Of a stretch of DNA of 64,000 bases, positions 39,136-50,019 are shown piece by piece; within the stretch, counting starts at the first letter, position 1; every line of letters starts with the position of its first letter. The translations under genes were made by a program, and so were the position numbers. The stretch is from Actinomycetota bacterium. Its GTDB lineage: Bacteria > Actinomycetota > Actinomycetes > Nanopelagicales > Nanopelagicaceae. The notes under the pieces are model-generated. The model saw nothing but the letters and a program-made list of their open reading frames with translations, had not been told where the DNA came from and did no database searches. Where the stretch lies: the NCBI GenBank assembly GCA_046048895.1, contig JBJOFF010000002.1:56668-120667 (forward strand). The letters run 5' to 3'.

Positions 39136-39804
39136 ATGAACAATATGAAATTTGATGCAACCGATTTAGCTCTTAGCGCCGCAATTGAAGCTGCTGGCGC
39201 GAAAGAGCTAGTCGGTGCATTTATTTCAGTTGAATTTGACGATGAAGATCGTTTAGCAAATTACCTATTTGAATCAAGACTTCCTGGATATAACGGATGG
39301 CGTTGGTCAGTAACAATTACAAAGTTAGATGCAGATTCACCTGCAACCATCTGTGATGCCGTTGCGATACCTGGACCGGATGCGTTACTTGCACCTAAAT
39401 GGATTCCGTATGCAGATCGTTTACAACCTGGCGATGTTGGTGTTGGTGATATCGTGCCAAGTCAGCCAGATGATGTGCGATTAGTGCCTGGCTTTGCAGC
39501 CCTGCCGCAAGATGAAGAGCTAAACCCAACACAATTATGGGAGCTCGGTCTTGGTCGTTTGCGCGTTCTTTCTATTGAAGGTCGTGATCAGGCAGCAGCT
39601 CGTTGGTACGAAGGCGAACGTGGCCCAAATGCTCCAATTGCAAAGATGGCGCCAAAGCCTTGTGGTTCATGCGGATTTTTCTTACCGATTGCAGGCTCAC
39701 TGCGTAGCGCTTTTGGTGTTTGTGCCAATGCAATCTCACCGGAAGATGCGAAAGTGGTATCTGTAGATCACGGATGCGGCGCACATTCGGAAGCGACCGT
39801 CTAA
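39136..39804 (+). CDS. DUF3027-family protein (Cys-rich C-terminus)
   Basis: C-terminal CGSCGFF...FGVCAN...HGCGAHSE. It sits next to a csp gene, as is usual in Actinomycetota. Confidence 0.6.
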   Translation: MNNMKFDATDLALSAAIEAAGAKELVGAFISVEFDDEDRLANYLFESRLPGYNGWRWSVTITKLDADSPATICDAVAIPGPDALLAPKWIPYADRLQPGDVGVGDIVPSQPDDVRLVPGFAALPQDEELNPTQLWELGLGRLRVLSIEGRDQAAARWYEGERGPNAPIAKMAPKPCGSCGFFLPIAGSLRSAFGVCANAISPEDAKVVSVDHGCGAHSEATV

Positions 39805-39872
39805 CCGCTTAGGTTAGAATTTACCTCTTAAAACATCCGTTTTAGAAGTCTCAAACCAATAAGGAGCCGACT

Positions 39873-40262
39873 ATGCCAACAGGTAAAGTGAAATGGTTTA
39901 GCCTCGAAAAGGGCTTTGGGTTCATCGAATCTGATGAGGGCGAAGATGTTTATTTAGCAGCGACTGCGCTGCCAGAAGGCGTTACCACTGTAAAGCCAGG
40001 GACCAAACTTGAATTTGGCGTTGCAGATGGTCGACGCGGTCCGCAAGCACTTTCAGTTCGAGTAATTGAAGCGCCAACATCTTTGGCAGCATCATCGCGT
40101 GCAGCGACCGATGATCTAGCTTCAATTATCGAAGATTCAATTAAGATTTTAGATCGCGTCGGCAACAATATCCGTCGCGGAAAATATCCAACTACCGTAG
40201 AAGCGCAACGCTTAGGTAAAGTGCTTCGCGGTATCGCGCAGCAAATTGAAGATAACTCTTAA
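39873..40262 (+). CDS. cold-shock domain protein with C-terminal extension
   Basis: N-terminal GKVKWFSLEKGFGFIESDEGEDVY (RNP1-like KGFGFI). 129 aa. Confidence 0.85.
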   Translation: MPTGKVKWFSLEKGFGFIESDEGEDVYLAATALPEGVTTVKPGTKLEFGVADGRRGPQALSVRVIEAPTSLAASSRAATDDLASIIEDSIKILDRVGNNIRRGKYPTTVEAQRLGKVLRGIAQQIEDNS

Positions 40263-40273
40263 TTGGATTTAAA

Positions 40274-40537
40274 TTGTTTAAATCTTTAGGTAATTACATC
40301 AAGAAAGCTTGGCGTAAGTTGCCTCATCCACTGCGTTGGTTAACCGCTGCCACGGTAGGCGCAACTTTGATCGTAGTAGGCATTATTTTTATGGTACTTC
40401 CTGGACCTGGAATTCCTTTAGTTATTGCGGGTTTAGCGATTCTTGCAACTGAATTCACCTGGGCAGAAATTTGGTTAGCCAAGACTAAGCACCATGTAAA
40501 TCGTGCAGTTGATCGGGTGAGAAAAAAGAAATCTTAA
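40274..40537 (+). CDS. PGPGW-domain small membrane protein
   Basis: LPGPGIPLVIAGLAILATEFTWA; TTG start. Confidence 0.6.
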   Translation: MFKSLGNYIKKAWRKLPHPLRWLTAATVGATLIVVGIIFMVLPGPGIPLVIAGLAILATEFTWAEIWLAKTKHHVNRAVDRVRKKKS

Positions 40538-40701
40538 AGACCGCTTCGGCGATCTCGTCTTACGGTGTAACCAATACCGACAAATCCAAGCGCCGCGCCG
40601 GTTATGCAGGTCCAGAGAAATTTGGTATCTGCATCAACTAATAAGCCGATAATTGCAGCTACTACCCAGATTGAGATTCCGGTGATGATTAGAGTCACCA
40701 T
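40534..40701 (-). CDS. unannotated candidate small 2-TM membrane protein (55 aa from ATG; 59 aa from GTG at 40713)
   Basis: My own translation is MVTLIITGISIWVVAAIIGLLVDADTKFLWTCITGAALGFVGIGYTVRRDRRSGL. It has two clean hydrophobic helices and a basic tail. It falls below the 60 aa cut-off of the track, and I see no clear SD. Confidence 0.4.
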   Translation of the reverse strand: MVTLIITGISIWVVAAIIGLLVDADTKFLWTCITGAALGFVGIGYTVRRDRRSGL

Positions 40702-40736
40702 GCGAGTTTTCACGGTGTCAGTGTATTCTCACCTTA

Positions 40737-42005
40737 ATGATTTCGAAGATTTCGCCAGAAGGTAACTGGAGAGCGTTGCGCCACCGCAACTTTCGAATTC
40801 TTTATTCAGCTGCAATTCTTACCAACATTGGTACTTGGGCACAGCGAGTTGCTCAAGATTGGTTGGTGCTTGAACTTACTAATAACAATGGCACCTATCT
40901 TGGAATAGTTACAGCGTTGCAATTTCTGCCGGTCATGCTGCTTAGCATGCAAGGTGGGGTATTGGCCGACAAGGTTGATAAGCGAAAAGCGTTAATAATT
41001 ACCAATTTCGGCAGCGGTATAACTGCTTTGATATTGGGGTTCTTAGTGTTGGCTGATTCTGCAACTATGGAACATGTTTACGTGTTGGCAGTACTACTTG
41101 GAATCTTTAGCGCCTTTGATGCGCCAATTCGCCAGAGTTTCAATGTGGAAGTTGTGGGTCCGAAGGATCTAACCAATGCCATGGGATTAAATAGCGCCAA
41201 CTTTCACTTTGGTCGTTTAGTTGGACCGGCAGTATCTGGTTTTTTAATTGCCGCCTTCGGTACCGGACCATCATTTCTAATCAATGGCCTCTCTTTCTTT
41301 GTCGTGATGTTGGCATTTTTGGCAGTGCGCACCTCCGAATTACATATTGAAGAGAAGTCAAAGAGCGATGGCACTTTGAAAGAAGCATTTAATTACATTA
41401 AGCGGCGCCCAGATATTCAATTAATAATGTTAACCATTTTCTTTGCCTCTAATTTTGGGTTAAATATGCAAATCTTTAATGCGTTGATGGCGACCAAAGT
41501 TTTTGGTAAAGGAGCAGCTTCTTACGGCGTACTTGGTACTTTAGTCGGTTTGGGAACGTTAACTGGGGCCCTAATTGCAGCGCGCAGAGATCGGACTAAA
41601 AATACTAAATTTGTACCATTGGCGGCAGTTAACTTTGGTTTCTGGGTATCGATGTTGGCTATTGCACCTAATTTCACAATTTATTCACTAGTACTTCCAA
41701 TTTCTGGCATGAGTGCCATAACCACAATGATCACTGCAAATACCTTTATTCAGACAAATAGTGATCCAGCTATTCGTGGGCGCATTATGGGAATTTATTT
41801 ATTTATTTTCATGGGTGGAACTCCAATAGGTTCACCGTTGATTGGTTATTGTGCCGAGAATTTTGGAGTTCGTTGGACCATGGCGGGTTGCGGAATTATT
41901 ACGCTCTCCGCAGCCATATTTTTATTCTTTAAGTATCGAAATAGTGCAGTAATTCCGCAGGATGTTAGCGTTTCTGCGGTGCTTCGGAAGGCACCCACAC
42001 AATAG
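40737..42005 (+). CDS. MFS transporter (EntS/MFS_3-like)
   Basis: A 422 aa protein with a 12-TM-like hydrophobicity pattern and the motif GGVLADKVDKRK. Confidence 0.75.
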   Translation: MISKISPEGNWRALRHRNFRILYSAAILTNIGTWAQRVAQDWLVLELTNNNGTYLGIVTALQFLPVMLLSMQGGVLADKVDKRKALIITNFGSGITALILGFLVLADSATMEHVYVLAVLLGIFSAFDAPIRQSFNVEVVGPKDLTNAMGLNSANFHFGRLVGPAVSGFLIAAFGTGPSFLINGLSFFVVMLAFLAVRTSELHIEEKSKSDGTLKEAFNYIKRRPDIQLIMLTIFFASNFGLNMQIFNALMATKVFGKGAASYGVLGTLVGLGTLTGALIAARRDRTKNTKFVPLAAVNFGFWVSMLAIAPNFTIYSLVLPISGMSAITTMITANTFIQTNSDPAIRGRIMGIYLFIFMGGTPIGSPLIGYCAENFGVRWTMAGCGIITLSAAIFLFFKYRNSAVIPQDVSVSAVLRKAPTQ

Positions 42006-43113
42006 CGCTGATTGAAATAACAATTAGTATTGGCACCATTAAATAAGCTTTAGAAATTCCGATTCGATCACCAAAGAATCCCAATAAAAATGGTGCTAGT
42101 GCAATTGCTAAGCCAGCAGCATAAGCAGATTTACCCATAGCTAAATCTGGTTTGTTATCACTTAATTTAATAATTCGAACCATAGTCATTGGAAATTGAC
42201 CACTAATTCCAATTCCCACAAATAACAACATCACCAAAGAAAAATAAAGATTGTGCGAGACCCAGAAGAGCATAAATGAAACAAACTGAATCATCAGTAT
42301 CGTCTTTAATCGCACATCTAAAGTAGTCCGGCGCATCCATATTGGAATAAACCATCTTCCGATTCCAAATCCGGTACCAAGTGCTGCGACGCAAAGTGTG
42401 GCCAAAGCAGATGAAGAACCGGTGCGATCAGAGAGTAGCGCCGCCGCCCAGAAGGAGGTGGCAAATTCAGATGAGATTGTGGCGAAAAAACCAAACCAAG
42501 CAATCCAAAATTTAGCTCCTAATTTTCCACTCTGCTTTGGTGCATCTGCCTGATGATTATCAACAATTTTATCTTTGCCAAAAAAGTAGAGCGCAATTGC
42601 AGCTGGAATGCAGATCAACAATCCAGCACGCCAAGAGATTCCAAAAGATGCCAGCGTGCCTACTAATAAGGTTCCGAAAACAAATCCAATAGCGTTAATG
42701 GCGTTACTTTGGGATACCGCTTGATCTGGAGTCTCTGGATAGTGATGCGACAACAATGTGACCATATTAAGAATTACAAAATTAAAGCCTACGCAAGAGA
42801 ATAGAACTGCCGGCAAGGTGTAACTAATAGTTGGACCTAATGCGAAGAACGGTAGCCCAATTGTGAAGATTGTTAACCCTAACCAAGAGGTATTCCGACG
42901 CCCATATTTATGGTTTAAATGGGGATGAATCAGCCCTGCGATTATTGCCGCTACGCCCATCATGGTGCCGTGCAGGCCTGCGATGGTTAGTGAAGTGCCT
43001 TGCTCTTCTCGTAAAAGTGGCTGGGCAGGGCCAAAGCCACCTAAGAAGAAATTAAGAATTGTGGCTTGACCCGCAACGGTCCAGAAAAGCGAATCTCTAT
43101 TTAATTTACTCAA
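41965..43113 (-). CDS. MFS transporter
   Basis: A polytopic 382 aa protein. It is convergent with the previous MFS gene and overlaps it by 41 nt. Confidence 0.7.
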   Translation of the reverse strand: MSKLNRDSLFWTVAGQATILNFFLGGFGPAQPLLREEQGTSLTIAGLHGTMMGVAAIIAGLIHPHLNHKYGRRNTSWLGLTIFTIGLPFFALGPTISYTLPAVLFSCVGFNFVILNMVTLLSHHYPETPDQAVSQSNAINAIGFVFGTLLVGTLASFGISWRAGLLICIPAAIALYFFGKDKIVDNHQADAPKQSGKLGAKFWIAWFGFFATISSEFATSFWAAALLSDRTGSSSALATLCVAALGTGFGIGRWFIPIWMRRTTLDVRLKTILMIQFVSFMLFWVSHNLYFSLVMLLFVGIGISGQFPMTMVRIIKLSDNKPDLAMGKSAYAAGLAIALAPFLLGFFGDRIGISKAYLMVPILIVISISAIVWVPSEAPQKR

Positions 43114-44229
<1,116 letters not shown>

Positions 44230-44235
44230 TTAATT

Positions 44236-44895
44236 TTACGGGTAGTAACGGCGCGAAACCCAATCGCCACCGGGTTCGCCCGAATTTTGAGACCGCTCGA
44301 ATCTGATTCGATCATGTAAGCGCGAATATCGACCTTGCCAAAATTCGATAGAGAATGGAGTCACTAAATATCCACCCCAATGTGGAGGCGTCGGCACCTT
44401 AGAACCTTCTGGCCATTTTTCGGCAGCACCTTTATATCTAATTTCTAATTCTTCACGGTTACTTAATTCCGCAGATTGTTGTGAAGCCCATGCGCCGACT
44501 TGAGATGACCATGGTCTACTTTGAAAATATTCATCTGATTCAGCTTGGGAAACTTTGGCTGCAAATCCTTGAACAATAACTTGACGCTCCATCGGATACC
44601 AAGGAAAGAGCAATGAAACTTGAGAATTGAGCTCTATTGCTTGGGCTTTTCGTGAACTGTAGTTAGTAAAGAATGTAAAACCGGCCTCAGTAACATCTTT
44701 TAGCAGTACGGTGCGAGATTGAATTAATTCATCGCTGCCAATAGTAGATAAAACCATTGCGTTTGCTTCAACAATTGAAGGTAGTTCGGCCGCTTCTTTT
44801 AACCAGCCTCTAAAAGCGTGGATAGGGTTTTCAGACAGCATCAATTCTCGCTCGCTGTACGAGCGGCGCATTGATTGAATTTCGCTACGGTCCAT
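44236..44895 (-). CDS. pdxH: pyridoxamine 5'-phosphate oxidase
   Basis: RTVLLK, IEFWQGRYSRLHDRIRF and a C-terminal W..RRYYP. Confidence 0.9.
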   Translation of the reverse strand: MDRSEIQSMRRSYSERELMLSENPIHAFRGWLKEAAELPSIVEANAMVLSTIGSDELIQSRTVLLKDVTEAGFTFFTNYSSRKAQAIELNSQVSLLFPWYPMERQVIVQGFAAKVSQAESDEYFQSRPWSSQVGAWASQQSAELSNREELEIRYKGAAEKWPEGSKVPTPPHWGGYLVTPFSIEFWQGRYSRLHDRIRFERSQNSGEPGGDWVSRRYYP

Positions 44896-44976
44896 GTATC
44901 AAAGGTCACTTTACTAGCGCTTTATATAAGCCTGCCATTGGTTTTTGGCGCGAAAAAATGGGGGCAGAATTGCCCT

Positions 44977-46092
44977 ATGAGCGAAGATTTCAAGCCTGGC
45001 CTCGAAGGCGTAATTGCATTTGAATCAGAGATTGCTGAGCCGGATAAAGAAGGCAGCGCACTTAGATATCGCGGTGTTGATATCGAAGATTTGGTTGGTC
45101 GCGTCTCCTTTGGAAATGTTTGGGGACTTTTAGTAGACGATCAATTTAATCCTGGACTTCCGCGTGCAGAAAAATTCCCGCTGCCAGTTCATTCTGGTGA
45201 CGTTCGCGTAGATGTGCAATCTGCAATTGCCATGTTGGCGCCAGCCTGGGGTTTCAAACCACTGCTTGATATTTCAGACGAGGAAGCACGAGATCAATTA
45301 GCGCGCGCATCAGTAATGGTGCTTTCATATGTCGCACAATCTGCTCGTGGATATGCAGCTCCTGCTGTTCCAGAATCAGAGATTGATAAAGCACATACGG
45401 TTACTGAACGAATGATGATTCGTTGGCGCGGCGAACCAGATCCAAAACATGTTCGGGCTGTTGATGCTTACTTTGTTTCTGCAGCAGAGCATGGAATGAA
45501 CGCATCAACATTTACAGCTCGCGTAATTGCATCAACTGGTGCAGACGTAGCTGCTTCACTTTCAGGTGCAATTGGTGCAATGTCTGGTCCACTTCATGGT
45601 GGTGCACCATCTCGTGTACTTCATATGATTGAAGAGGTAGAGAAGCGTGGCGATGCTCGCAAATACGTCAAAGAACTTTTAGATAATAATGAACGATTGA
45701 TGGGCTTTGGCCATCGCGTTTATCGTGCACAAGATCCACGTTCTCGTACTTTGCGACGCACTTGTGAAGAATTAAACGCACCGCGTTACCAAGTAGCAAA
45801 AGCGCTAGAAGAGGCGGCGCTAGCTGAGTTGCGTGAACGTCGTCCAGATCGAGTTTTGGAAACTAACGTCGAATTCTGGGCCGCGGTATTGCTTGATTTC
45901 GCAGAAGTTCCAGCACATATGTTTACACCTATGTTTACTTCAGCTCGCACAGCTGGATGGTCGGCACATATTTTGGAACAGAAGCGCACTGGCCGCTTAA
46001 TTCGCCCATCTGCGCGATATATCGGAAAAGGTCCACGCAAGCCGGAAGATGTGACTGGCTGGGATGCTTCTGTAGATCAACTGCACAAGTAA
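44977..46092 (+). CDS. citA: citrate synthase (short CitA-type, 371 aa)
   Basis: The start is moved to the ATG at 44977 (MSEDFKPGLEGV). The track start at 44875 overlaps pdxH. Blocks HAEHGMNAST(F), GPLHGGAP and GFGHRVY are present. Confidence 0.85.
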   Translation: MSEDFKPGLEGVIAFESEIAEPDKEGSALRYRGVDIEDLVGRVSFGNVWGLLVDDQFNPGLPRAEKFPLPVHSGDVRVDVQSAIAMLAPAWGFKPLLDISDEEARDQLARASVMVLSYVAQSARGYAAPAVPESEIDKAHTVTERMMIRWRGEPDPKHVRAVDAYFVSAAEHGMNASTFTARVIASTGADVAASLSGAIGAMSGPLHGGAPSRVLHMIEEVEKRGDARKYVKELLDNNERLMGFGHRVYRAQDPRSRTLRRTCEELNAPRYQVAKALEEAALAELRERRPDRVLETNVEFWAAVLLDFAEVPAHMFTPMFTSARTAGWSAHILEQKRTGRLIRPSARYIGKGPRKPEDVTGWDASVDQLHK

Positions 46093-46123
46093 TTGTTCCA
46101 CTTCTTATAAGTAGTATCGGCTC

Positions 46124-47926
46124 ATGTTCTTAGAGCCTCATCATGACGGAAGTGAACTTTATCTGAGCAACTCTGCACCCAAATTAGGGCAGAAAGTAAC
46201 TTTTAAAGTTCGAATACCAAATACATATAAATTTGAGCATGCAGTTATGCGTTATTACCATGATGGGGAGCCACGGACTGCGCATTTAAGAATAATGGGC
46301 AAAGGTCGCACCGAATCTTGGTGGGGCGTAACCATCGAAATCATCAATTACGAAACCAGATATCGATTTTTATTTGCTGGTAAAGGCAAGTACGACTGGC
46401 TTTCCGCAGCCGGACTTACTAATCATGACGTACATTCCAACACCGATTTTCAATTAATCGCACGCCCTGAATATCCAAAGTGGTTAAACGGTTCGGTTTT
46501 TTATCAAATATTTCCAGATCGATTTGCAAAAACATTTGAGAAAAAACTTCCGGGTTGGGCCGTCAGCCGCGAATGGAATTACTTGCCACGTGATAAAAGT
46601 AAGAATACTGGTATTGAGGTTTACGGAGGAGATTTAAAAGGCGTCGAAACTCATCTTGACCATGTGACCGAGCTAGGTGCCAATGGAATTTACTTCACGC
46701 CATTTTTCCCAGCTCAGTCAAACCACCGATACGATGCCAGTAGTTTTGATGAAGTTGATCCGATTTTAGGTGGAAATAAAGCTTGGTTTAACTTAGTTAA
46801 AGCTGCAAATAAAAAGAAGATTCGCTTGGTCGGTGACATCACTTCTAATCATTGCGGTGCGGGACATCATTGGTTAGCTAAGGCAAAGAGAAATAAGAAG
46901 AGCAAAGAAGCTGGATATTTCTATTGGAATAAGAAATTTAAATGGGGCTATGAGGGCTGGTGGGGCCTGGAATCTTTGCCTAAGTTAAATTACGGCTCCA
47001 AGGAACTTCGAAAAGTAATGTATGAAGGCCCTAATTCAATTATTCGCAAATGGCTTACCCCTAAATGGGGCATGTCTGGTTGGCGAGTAGATGTTGGCAA
47101 TATGACCGGAAAATATGGTGATATCGACATTCATGATGAAGTTATGTATGGCATTCGCAAAGCGGTGGAAGAGACCAAAGCTGATGCTTGGTTAGTTGCA
47201 GAAAATGCAGACTTTGTAGCAAATGATTTAGCAGGTGCTGGATGGCATGGCACTATGAATTACCAAGGTTTTTCTAGGCCGCTCTCATCCTGGATGAATG
47301 AGAAAGCTAAGTTAAGTGGAGGTTTTCAAGGGCTACCCATTGATTCTCCGCTAATTAACGGCAAACAACTTGTAGATACGATCAAGAATTTCAACGGTTC
47401 AATTCCATGGCGCGCACTTATTGCTTCCATGATTCTTTTGGATTCTCACGATACGCCGCGATTTAGAACTATAGTAAGTGGAGATATTGCCAAACACACG
47501 GCAGCTATGACCATGCTAATGACCTATCCAGGTGTCCCTTCAATTTTCATGGGAGACGAACTTGGATTTGAAGGAAATTCTGGTGAGGATGCAAGACGTA
47601 CTATCAATTGGGACGACCGCAGCAACTGGGATCTTAATTTCTTTGCTGAAGTTAAGAAATTAACCAAACTACGCCGAAGTGAAGATGCACTAATTAATGG
47701 TGGATTACGTTGGGTAGCAGCAGAAGATAATTACTTAGCCTATTTGCGTGAATCAAAGCGCAGCAAAATTCTTGTGGTAATTGTTGCGAAACCTTGTACT
47801 GTAAATATTGATTTAGCCAAACTCGGTTACAAAGTATCCAAAACTCTATATGGCCAGAAAGCCACAGGCTCTAAAGTAAAATTTAAAACTACCAGCGCAA
47901 CGCAAGGAGTTTGGAAACTTTCATGA
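46124..47926 (+). CDS. cytoplasmic GH13 alpha-glucosidase/maltodextrin glucosidase-like enzyme
   Basis: GH13 regions FYQIFPDRF, GGDLKGV, GDITSNHCG, GWRVDVGNM and LLDSHDTPR. Confidence 0.8.
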   Translation: MFLEPHHDGSELYLSNSAPKLGQKVTFKVRIPNTYKFEHAVMRYYHDGEPRTAHLRIMGKGRTESWWGVTIEIINYETRYRFLFAGKGKYDWLSAAGLTNHDVHSNTDFQLIARPEYPKWLNGSVFYQIFPDRFAKTFEKKLPGWAVSREWNYLPRDKSKNTGIEVYGGDLKGVETHLDHVTELGANGIYFTPFFPAQSNHRYDASSFDEVDPILGGNKAWFNLVKAANKKKIRLVGDITSNHCGAGHHWLAKAKRNKKSKEAGYFYWNKKFKWGYEGWWGLESLPKLNYGSKELRKVMYEGPNSIIRKWLTPKWGMSGWRVDVGNMTGKYGDIDIHDEVMYGIRKAVEETKADAWLVAENADFVANDLAGAGWHGTMNYQGFSRPLSSWMNEKAKLSGGFQGLPIDSPLINGKQLVDTIKNFNGSIPWRALIASMILLDSHDTPRFRTIVSGDIAKHTAAMTMLMTYPGVPSIFMGDELGFEGNSGEDARRTINWDDRSNWDLNFFAEVKKLTKLRRSEDALINGGLRWVAAEDNYLAYLRESKRSKILVVIVAKPCTVNIDLAKLGYKVSKTLYGQKATGSKVKFKTTSATQGVWKLS

Positions 47927-50019
47927 AGAAGTTGATAGCTTTGACAGTTTTGGCTTTAACTTTTTTAGGAAATACTGCGCTAGCCGAGGATTTAACTTCT
48001 TTAGCTAGACCAACTATTCGAGGTGGCGCGGCTGACTCGCAAATATATTTTGTGATGACTGATAGGTTTTTTAACGCAGACCCAAGCAATGATGAGGCTG
48101 GTTTAACTGGTTTTCCGGCCGTAACTGGATATGACCCAGCAGATATTGGCTATTTTCATGGCGGAGACTTGCAGGGGCTAACTTCGAAATTGGATTACAT
48201 CCAAGGGCTTGGTTTTAATTCAATTTGGATTACCCCTCCAGTTAAGCAGCGATATGTTCAAGGTGATTCTGCGGCTTATCACGGATATTGGGGACTCGAT
48301 TTCACGACTATTGATCCTCATCTTGGCACGGAAGCAGATTTTAAGAACTTTGTCGCAGAAGCCCACAAGCGCAACATGAAAGTAATCGTAGATATCGTAA
48401 TAAATCATACAGGCGATGTAATCAGATACAAAGGCGATGTTTATAGCTATTCCGAAATGTCAGAGTACCCATACAAGGATTGCAGTGGCAAGAAGTTTGA
48501 TTTGAATAAATATATTGGGAAGTCAAACTTTCCAAAACTTTGTGCTGAGAAATCATTTCCGGTGCCACCAACAGTAAGTGAAAAAAATAAGAACATTAAA
48601 GCTCCCGCATTCTTAAACGACATAACAAATTATCACAACAGAGGAGATTCAACTTTTAGTGGTGAATCTTCTACTTTTGGAGATTTCTTTGGCTTGGATG
48701 ATACCTTTACTGAGAAGCCAGCAGTAATCGCAGGCTGGACCAAAGTTTGGCAAGACTGGATTACTAAATTTGATATTGATGGTTATCGTATAGATACTGC
48801 GAAACATGTAAATTCAGAATTTTGGAAGGTATTTTTACCAGCAGTAATAAAGACTGCTAAATCAGTTGGAAAGAGTTCATTTCCAATTTATGGTGAGGTT
48901 TGGGATACAGATCCTAATTACTTGGCAAAATATGTAACTGAATATAAATTCCCTGGCGTACTTGATTTTGCATTCCAGGCTGCCGCATCAAAATATGCAA
49001 CTTATGGCAACGGCGAACGCGATTTGCTAGATATTTTCAATCAAGACGACTTATATACAACGGCAACCACTAGTGCTTATGGCTTGACAACCTTTTTGGA
49101 TAATCACGATATGGGTCGCATTGGGATGTTTCTGCAAGGAAATACCGAAGCAACGCCAGCGCAACTGGTCGAGCGAGCCAACTTTGCTAATGCTCTTTTG
49201 ATATTACTTCGCGGAGGTCCTGCAACTTATTATGGAGACGAGAAAGGAATGACTGGCACCGGCGGAGATAAAGCTGCACGTCAGGATATGTTCCCAACTC
49301 AAGTTCTAGATTGGCAGCAAGAGACTAGAATTGGTGGTGCACAAATTGGCACGAAGAGTGCATTTGATGAGACCAATCCAATTGAAATTAATCTCTCAGA
49401 ATTGCAAAAACTAGCTGCAAAATATCCTGCACTTCGTTTGGGTACGCAGCAACTTAGGTATGCAAGCGATGGCTCATTTGCAGTAAGCCGCTATTTGAAT
49501 AAAGAAGAATTCTTGGTGGCATTCAATGGCCGCGATGTCGAAGCCAAATTAAATCTAAATGTTTCTACCAGTAATTCAAAATGGAGCCAAATTTCAGGCA
49601 AAGCCAATGAAGTAAGCGTAAATGGCAAATTAGTTTCACTTAATCTTCTGCCGCGAAGCTGGGTGGTTCTCAAAGCTGAATCAGAATTTGTGCCTACATC
49701 CAAATTATCAATCAATTTAAATAAACCTATAGTAGATATTCGAACTTATGAGCAATACGTGGCTTTAACCGCAACAGTTCCAGGCACTGATTTTAACGAA
49801 GTTACTTTTGCGGTTCGCCAAAAGGGTAAGCCATGGAGCATCGTGGGCACATCAGATCGTCGAATTTTGGGAGTTACTGGATTTAAAGATGGCCAATATC
49901 GGGTTTATTTGCACCAAGATAAATATAAAAAAGGTACTCAACTTGAGATTGTTGCCATTGCAGTTAACGCAAATGGCGAGAAAATTGCATCTAATCTGCA
50001 GAATTTCTTAATCAAGTAA
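47923..50019 (+). CDS. secreted GH13 alpha-amylase-family enzyme with extra C-terminal beta domains
   Basis: The start is placed at the ATG at 47923 (ATGA overlap), giving the signal peptide MKKLIALTVLALTFLGNTALA. GH13 regions DIVINHTG, GYRIDTAKHV, YGEVWD and FLDNHD. Confidence 0.8.
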   Translation: MKKLIALTVLALTFLGNTALAEDLTSLARPTIRGGAADSQIYFVMTDRFFNADPSNDEAGLTGFPAVTGYDPADIGYFHGGDLQGLTSKLDYIQGLGFNSIWITPPVKQRYVQGDSAAYHGYWGLDFTTIDPHLGTEADFKNFVAEAHKRNMKVIVDIVINHTGDVIRYKGDVYSYSEMSEYPYKDCSGKKFDLNKYIGKSNFPKLCAEKSFPVPPTVSEKNKNIKAPAFLNDITNYHNRGDSTFSGESSTFGDFFGLDDTFTEKPAVIAGWTKVWQDWITKFDIDGYRIDTAKHVNSEFWKVFLPAVIKTAKSVGKSSFPIYGEVWDTDPNYLAKYVTEYKFPGVLDFAFQAAASKYATYGNGERDLLDIFNQDDLYTTATTSAYGLTTFLDNHDMGRIGMFLQGNTEATPAQLVERANFANALLILLRGGPATYYGDEKGMTGTGGDKAARQDMFPTQVLDWQQETRIGGAQIGTKSAFDETNPIEINLSELQKLAAKYPALRLGTQQLRYASDGSFAVSRYLNKEEFLVAFNGRDVEAKLNLNVSTSNSKWSQISGKANEVSVNGKLVSLNLLPRSWVVLKAESEFVPTSKLSINLNKPIVDIRTYEQYVALTATVPGTDFNEVTFAVRQKGKPWSIVGTSDRRILGVTGFKDGQYRVYLHQDKYKKGTQLEIVAIAVNANGEKIASNLQNFLIK

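Noticed and set aside
44875-44976. A long N-terminal extension of the citrate synthase ORF that overlaps the pdxH start.
   Set aside because: The extension is hydrophobic junk (MNFATVHVSKVTLLALYISLPLVF). The conserved CitA N-terminus begins at MSEDFKPGLEGV (ATG at 44977).
46124-50019. The two GH13 genes as possible sulfoquinovosidases for the island.
   Set aside because: Known hydrolytic sulfoquinovosidases are GH31. These proteins carry classical GH13 alpha-amylase regions and lie 10 kb away behind unrelated genes, so they are most simply starch or maltodextrin enzymes.
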